The notes under the pieces were generated by a model, which saw only the letters and a program-made list of their open reading frames with translations, did no database searches and was not told where the DNA came from. Source: Holophaga sp. (GTDB lineage: Bacteria > Acidobacteriota > Holophagae > Holophagales > Holophagaceae). From it: a stretch of DNA of 64,000 nt. The first letter of the stretch is position 1; each line of letters begins with the position of its first letter. Location: contig DATGXY010000310.1 in assembly GCA_035298525.1 (NCBI GenBank), positions 58,300 through 122,299 of the forward strand, given 5' to 3'. Of the stretch, positions 59,036 through 64,000 are shown in pieces. Made by a program: the position numbers and the translations under genes.

Positions 59036-60826
59036 TCAAGGCTCCCGGCACAGGGCCGCCAGGGCGGCCACGGTGCCCTGCCCCAGGGCGCCGCACAGGT
59101 TCAGGGCCCGGTCCCCGAAGGGGGCCAGGAGGGCGTCCATGGCCGTGAAGGCCCGGCGCTCCCCCAGGCCCACGAAGCGGAACCCCTCCGCCGCGAGCCC
59201 CGCCAGGTGCTCCGCCAGGGCGGGGTGGGCCAGGAGGGCGGGATCGTCGCCCCGCACCGCGCAGGTGAGGGCGGGGTCCCAGCCGGCCTGCTCCAGGAGG
59301 AGGGCCGCCTCCTCCCGGGCCCCGGGTCCGGGCCAGAATCCCCGCGATCCCGGCGGCAGGCCCAGGGCCGCCTCCAGGGGCGTCCCCACGGGCACCTTGG
59401 CGCCGTAGCTGCGGTCCAGGGTGGCGGCCAGGTCCGCGTCCACCCCCTGCGGCAGGCCCTGGAAGGCGAGGGCGAGGGGGGGCCTCAGGCTTGCGGCCAC
59501 CAGGTCCCCGGCCAGGCCCCTCGAGGGATCGGCGTTGACGAGGAGGCCCGGGGCGAAGGCCCGCATCTGGCCGATGACGGCCTGCTGCCGGGAACGGTCC
59601 CGGGCGAAGGCCACGGGATCCACCTCCAGGACCTCGAAACCGTCCAGCAGCTCGTCGCATCCGGGCGCCACCACCGCCAGGACGCGCTCGAAGCGGCCGC
59701 TCCGGTCCAGGGCGTCCAGGAGGGGGGAGGCCTCCAGGAGGGGGCCCATGCCGCCGGGGATCCATACGGCGGCCCGCCTCGCCCCCAGGGCGGCGAGCCC
59801 CAGATCGGCCACGCAGAGCCGCTGGGGATCCAGCCGGGGGGAGACCCCCAGGTCCATGGCGTAGATGCGGTAGGCCAGGTCGCAGGCGGCGATCCAGACC
59901 GGATCGAAGCCCACGGCCAGGAGGTGCTCCCGGCCCTCCTCCCAGCGCCGGGCGTCGTCCCCGGCCCCCATGCGCATCTTCCGGACCATGGCGTCCTGGT
60001 GGTTGCGCCGGAGGACGCCGCAGAAGGAGGCGCGCACCCCCGGGTCGGCGATCACGTTCTCGGCCACGGCGCGCCAGGCCCGCAGGTCGTGCATGCCCCT
60101 CGCCCAGGGATCGTCCACGGCCAGGTTGTCGTTGCCCACCCGGTTCAGGACCAGGGGGTCCGCCACGTAGCGGAGGACGGCGGGGGCCTGCAGGAAGGCC
60201 GCCATGCCCCACACGTGCACGTAGGCCGAGCCCGCGGCCCGCTCCCGCCAGGGGGCCGCGGCCTCCAGGAAGCGCCGGCGGCGGATCACGGCCGCGGATA
60301 CGAAGGCGAAGGCCCCGGCCTGGTACGCCACGGCGTCATAGTAGGCCGCCAGGTCCCCGGGGCCCCGGAGGCGGAAGGTGGCGGAGGGCTGGCGGGGATC
60401 CTCGAACCACCCCTGCGCGCTCCCCGGACGCAGCTGGCGGTCGCAGGCCAGGACCGCGCACAGCACGGCGTCGGGGTCCGGTTCCAGTTCGGCCAGCATG
60501 CGCACCAGGGCCCCCGGCGCCAGGGCGTCGTCGTCCCCCAGGATCCACACGTGCTCGGCCCGGGCCTGCTCCATGCAGTGGAGGTAGTTGGCGTCGAAGC
60601 CCATGTTCCGCTCGAAGCGGGAGCTCCTCAGGGCGGGGAATCGCTCCCTGAAGGCGGCGATGACCTCGTCGGTGCCGTCCAGGGTGCCGTTGTTGGAGAC
60701 GAAGAGCTCCACGGAGCCCTCGGGCACCAGGGCCAGCTCCCGGAGAGCGCTCTCCAGGGCCGTGGGCAGGAGGTCCACCCGGTCGCAGGTGGGGATGCAG
60801 AGGGAGAGGCGGAGCGGGTGGTCCAT
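59036..60826 (-). CDS. glycosyltransferase family 2 domain fused to a GT9 (heptosyltransferase)-like Rossmann region
   Basis: 596-aa ORF. The N-terminus LSLCIPTCDRVDLL...ILGDDD is GT2-like. The C-terminal half resembles GT9 but ends before the usual C-terminal donor-binding motif. Confidence 0.75.
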   Translation of the reverse strand: MDHPLRLSLCIPTCDRVDLLPTALESALRELALVPEGSVELFVSNNGTLDGTDEVIAAFRERFPALRSSRFERNMGFDANYLHCMEQARAEHVWILGDDDALAPGALVRMLAELEPDPDAVLCAVLACDRQLRPGSAQGWFEDPRQPSATFRLRGPGDLAAYYDAVAYQAGAFAFVSAAVIRRRRFLEAAAPWRERAAGSAYVHVWGMAAFLQAPAVLRYVADPLVLNRVGNDNLAVDDPWARGMHDLRAWRAVAENVIADPGVRASFCGVLRRNHQDAMVRKMRMGAGDDARRWEEGREHLLAVGFDPVWIAACDLAYRIYAMDLGVSPRLDPQRLCVADLGLAALGARRAAVWIPGGMGPLLEASPLLDALDRSGRFERVLAVVAPGCDELLDGFEVLEVDPVAFARDRSRQQAVIGQMRAFAPGLLVNADPSRGLAGDLVAASLRPPLALAFQGLPQGVDADLAATLDRSYGAKVPVGTPLEAALGLPPGSRGFWPGPGAREEAALLLEQAGWDPALTCAVRGDDPALLAHPALAEHLAGLAAEGFRFVGLGERRAFTAMDALLAPFGDRALNLCGALGQGTVAALAALCREP

Positions 60827-60829
60827 GGG

Positions 60830-61840
60830 CTACCTTCCCGCCATGCGGAGGCGGGCCTGCGCGAACTGGAGGCCGAGGGCGCCCCGGAAGCCCTCGGCGT
60901 TGCCCATGCCCTGCGGCACGCGGCAGGCCAGGGGATGCCGGGCCAGGATCTCCACCAGGTCGGCCGGGTCGTCCACGAGGGCGATATCGGGGATGCGCTC
61001 CCGGCCCGTGCGGGCCAGGAGATCGATGACGGCGGGCTCCACCGCCGCCAGGGGGGGGGCCGTCGCGGGATCCAGCACCAGGGCCAGCACCACGGGATCC
61101 CCGGGGCGGAAGGCCTCCAGGTAGCTGAGCACGATCTCGGCCCATTCGGCCCCCGTCCAGGAGGGCTCGGCCAGGAAGACCTGGCCCAGGGAGGCCGGAT
61201 CCAGGGCCGAGACCCCGCCGGGACGGTCGTAGAGCTTGAGGGTGGAGCCCCACTCCTGGCGCGCGAAGACGGGCCCGGAGCCGGAGTAGGCGTGGCCCGT
61301 GAAGTGCCGGGGGATGAAGAAGTGGCTGGGGAGGATGGTGAGGTTCTGGTAGCCCTCCCGCCGCCAGGTGTCCGTGAGGAAGAGGGGTCCCACCGATTCC
61401 CAGGCCATGCGGTCCGTCACCGAGGCCTGGGCCCGGATGCCCTCCACGAGCCTGCCCACGAAGGGGTTGCGGGGCACGGTGCCGAAGTAGCCCGCGGCCA
61501 CCAGGCCCGGGCGCACCAGCTCGTTCTCCCAGCACGCGAAGGCCTCGCACTCCAGCATCCAGTCGGGGAGGGTCCGCACGCAGAAGCTGTCCGCGTCCAC
61601 CAGGACCCCGCCCTCCTCGAAGAGGATCTCCCAGCGCATCATGTCCGCCACGCCGTTCCATTCCCGGGCGGCCATGGCCTTCATGTGGGCGGCGTTGACC
61701 CAGTCCCGGCCCCGCAGCTCGGCGTTGCCCCAGACCTTGACGGTCCAGCCGGGGTGCTGGTCCCGCCAGGAGGCGATGCAGGCGTCGGGCCGGCGCGCCT
61801 CGTCGCCCACCCAGATGAGATGGAGCACCTTCGGGATCAT
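60830..61840 (-). CDS. glycosyltransferase family 32 (DXD) with a C-terminal extra module
   Basis: Trimmed to MIPKVLHLIWVGDE... (336 aa) with an ATGA overlap on the upstream stop. It has ADMMRWEIL and VLVDADSF motifs. Confidence 0.8.
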   Translation of the reverse strand: MIPKVLHLIWVGDEARRPDACIASWRDQHPGWTVKVWGNAELRGRDWVNAAHMKAMAAREWNGVADMMRWEILFEEGGVLVDADSFCVRTLPDWMLECEAFACWENELVRPGLVAAGYFGTVPRNPFVGRLVEGIRAQASVTDRMAWESVGPLFLTDTWRREGYQNLTILPSHFFIPRHFTGHAYSGSGPVFARQEWGSTLKLYDRPGGVSALDPASLGQVFLAEPSWTGAEWAEIVLSYLEAFRPGDPVVLALVLDPATAPPLAAVEPAVIDLLARTGRERIPDIALVDDPADLVEILARHPLACRVPQGMGNAEGFRGALGLQFAQARLRMAGR

Positions 61841-63069
61841 GCCCGCCCCCCTTCGGCCCGGAGGGCCGCGTCCAGGCGCCGGCCCCGGAGCCCCTGCAGG
61901 GGGCCCCGGCCCGTCCACTGGAGGTGGGGGAATTCCCGGAGGACGGGCAGGAGCCGGTCCGGTTCCAGGATCCGGATGCGGGGATCCGGGGGCAGGCCCC
62001 GGGCGGCCAGGGCGGCCTGGGCCGCGCCGGCGGTGCCGGGGGCCGCCAGGAGGGCCAGGCAGACCTGGTCCTCCGGACCGAAGGCCCGCTGGAAGGCGGC
62101 CGCGAGGCGGGGCCCCTCGCCGGAGCTCCAGTCGGGCCGGGCCAGGAAGACCTCGGGCATGCCGGCCTCGGCCGCGTCCAGCCGCTGGAGAAGGCGGGCC
62201 CCATGGGCGTCCCGCAGGGCCTGGAGGCCCTGGAGGCCCTCCCGGATGCGGGCCGGGTCGTTCTTGAAGGTGGCCTGGAGCACCCCGGCCAGGTTCTGGT
62301 ACATGCCCTGCCAAACGGCGGGGGAGGGCACGGCCATGGGCTCCGCGTCCAGGAGCCAGTAGCGCCAGATCCCCATGCATACCCGGGCGAAGTAGCCCTC
62401 GTTCACCCCCACCACCTCGCTCATCTGGCCCGCGTGCTGGCGGAGGGTGACGGTGGGCTCCCGCAGGTAGGCGACGGAGCCGCGCCGGGCCATGTCCAGC
62501 CAGAAGGCCCAGTCGTGGGAGGGGGCGAAGCGGGGATCCCGGAGCACATCCGCGGAGGGGGCCAGGCTCCGGCGGAAGAGCACCGTGGGCATGGGCATGC
62601 AGTTCTGCATGAGGAGCTGATTGAAGAGATCGGACCGGGCCGGGAAGTCCGTGGGGGAGACCACCGTCCAGGCCGCCTCCCCCAGGTCCCGGCCCTCCGG
62701 GTCCATGCACCGGGCGGGGCTGAAGACCATGCCCACCCCGGGCTGGGCGTCCAGGGCCGCCATCTTGCGGGCCAGGCCCCCGGGGAGCATGTGGTCGTCG
62801 TCGGCGAAGAAGTTCACGTACTCGCCCCGGGCGGCCTCCAGGAGCATGGGGTAGGCCTCGGCGGAATTATTGACCTCCCATCGCAGGGGCCGGATCCGGG
62901 GGTCCTGGGCGGCTCTTGCCTGGAGGCGCTCCCAGGTGCCGTCCCCGGAGCCGTTGTCCAGGACCACCACCTCGCAGTCCAGGCCGGGCTCCAGGACGGA
63001 GTCCAGGGCCTCCATGAGCCAGTTGACCCGGTTGTAGGTCGGCAGCACTACGCTCAGCCTGGGTGTCAT
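61837..63069 (-). CDS. glycosyltransferase family 2 with a C-terminal extra module
   Basis: Trimmed to MTPRLSVVLPTYNR... (410 aa), preceded by GGAGG. It has a FADDDH motif. Confidence 0.8.
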   Translation of the reverse strand: MTPRLSVVLPTYNRVNWLMEALDSVLEPGLDCEVVVLDNGSGDGTWERLQARAAQDPRIRPLRWEVNNSAEAYPMLLEAARGEYVNFFADDDHMLPGGLARKMAALDAQPGVGMVFSPARCMDPEGRDLGEAAWTVVSPTDFPARSDLFNQLLMQNCMPMPTVLFRRSLAPSADVLRDPRFAPSHDWAFWLDMARRGSVAYLREPTVTLRQHAGQMSEVVGVNEGYFARVCMGIWRYWLLDAEPMAVPSPAVWQGMYQNLAGVLQATFKNDPARIREGLQGLQALRDAHGARLLQRLDAAEAGMPEVFLARPDWSSGEGPRLAAAFQRAFGPEDQVCLALLAAPGTAGAAQAALAARGLPPDPRIRILEPDRLLPVLREFPHLQWTGRGPLQGLRGRRLDAALRAEGGRA

Positions 63070-63211
63070 GGATCCCGTTCCTCCGATGCCATTCGCCCCG
63101 GGGCCTGCAAGAATGGCTCCACTTCTCCACCCCCTCAAGTACCTCTTGGCAGGCAAATTGCAATCAGGGAGCCTCTGCGCATCCCTCCGCCGCCCTTCCC
63201 TCAGGCTCCCC

Positions 63212-64000
63212 GTGTCCCCAGAAGCCCAGCAGCCCGCCACTCCGAGACGCCCCCTTCCCCGCCAGGACCTGGACCATGTCCTCGCCCATACCGGATCCCT
63301 CTGGGCCGGGCTCCGGGGGGGACGGATTTTTGTCACCGGCGGTTCGGGCTTCTTCGGCGCCTGGCTGGTGGAAACCTTCGAGCACGCCCGGAAGGCCCTG
63401 GGCTTCCAGACCGAACTGCACCTGCTCTGCCGGGATCCGGAGGCCTGGGCCCGCCGCGCCCCCCACCTCGCCGCCAGCCCCGCCATCCGCCTCCATCCGG
63501 GGGGGCTCCTGGATTTCCAGCCCCCGGCCGGGCCCTTCGACGGACTCATCCACATGGCCGTGGACCACGGCACCCCGGGTGACCACGAGCGGCAGGCCGT
63601 GGACGGCGCGCGGCGCATCCTGGACCTGGCCGGGGCGGCCGGCGTTTCCCGCCTGCTCTTCACCAGTTCCGGCGCCGTCTACGGACCCGCCACCGGCCCC
63701 GATCCGCTGGGGGAGGACCGGCCGGTCCAGCCCGTCACCGACTACGGCCGCGCCAAGGGGGTGGTGGAGGAGCTCTTCGCCGCCCACGCCCAGGCCCGGG
63801 GGGCCGAGGCGGTGCTCGCCCGCTGTTTCGCCTTCGTGGGGCCCGGCCTCCCCCTGGACGCCAACTACGCCATCGGCAACTTCCTCCGGGACGCCCTGGC
63901 GGGCCAGCCCATCCGCATCCAGGGGGACGGCACCCCCCTCCGCTCGTACCTGCACGGGGCCGACCTGGCGATCTGGCTTTGGACCCTCTACTTCCGGGGG
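63212..64000 (+). CDS. NAD-dependent epimerase/dehydratase family protein (3' end outside the window)
   Basis: Own translation: ...RIFVTGGSGFFGAWLVETF...FTSSGAVYG...YGRAKGVVE.... It is not in the ORF track because there is no stop in the window. The start is uncertain; the in-frame GTG at 63212 was chosen. Confidence 0.72.
   Translation, partial: MSPEAQQPATPRRPLPRQDLDHVLAHTGSLWAGLRGGRIFVTGGSGFFGAWLVETFEHARKALGFQTELHLLCRDPEAWARRAPHLAASPAIRLHPGGLLDFQPPAGPFDGLIHMAVDHGTPGDHERQAVDGARRILDLAGAAGVSRLLFTSSGAVYGPATGPDPLGEDRPVQPVTDYGRAKGVVEELFAAHAQARGAEAVLARCFAFVGPGLPLDANYAIGNFLRDALAGQPIRIQGDGTPLRSYLHGADLAIWLWTLYFRG

Overview
This is a very GC-rich bacterial chromosomal window. The protein repertoire looks Acidobacteriota (Holophagae)-like, which is inference only. 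Most of it is core housekeeping DNA.

Minus strand, in coordinate order:
- rfbD/rfbC/rfbA (dTDP-rhamnose genes).
- The canonical block tRNA-Tyr/Gly/Thr, tuf, rpmG, tRNA-Trp, secE, nusG, rplKAJL, rpoB, rpoC.
- rlmB and a FadL-like outer-membrane protein.
- A vapBC toxin-antitoxin pair with an AT-rich palindromic operator.
- glnA, sitting directly behind an unusual five-gene cluster: an ICD-like dehydrogenase, an HMG-CoA-lyase-family protein, a family III CoA-transferase and a LeuC/LeuD-type dehydratase.
- A TonB-dependent receptor and recN.

Plus strand:
- A roughly 10 kb methionine operon governed by a SAM-I riboswitch: metY, metX, aspartate kinase, an SDR, a homocysteine-methyltransferase/MTHFR fusion, a 2Fe-2S ferredoxin and metH.
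- A UDG-like gene, a membrane protein and an RluA-family synthase.
- marR transcribed divergently from yceI, a CDGSH gene and nuoEF.

The remaining accessory-looking parts are:
- A less GC-rich islet with a translationally coupled miniprotein and double-glycine-leader peptide, bounded by a 134-nt palindrome.
- nupC.
- A Roadblock/LC7 operon transcribed divergently from a HEAT/pseudo-receiver, TPR-propeller, PEGA-PDZ and DUF4845-like operon.
- A glycosyltransferase cluster.

No CRISPR array, transposase, integrase or rRNA gene was seen. Many very long ORFs in the track are antisense artefacts of high GC content. No recognisable defence system was found. The best candidates for something new are the lyase/CoA-transferase/dehydratase cluster, the double-glycine peptide pair, the envelope operon pair and a Cys8 insertion in RpoB.
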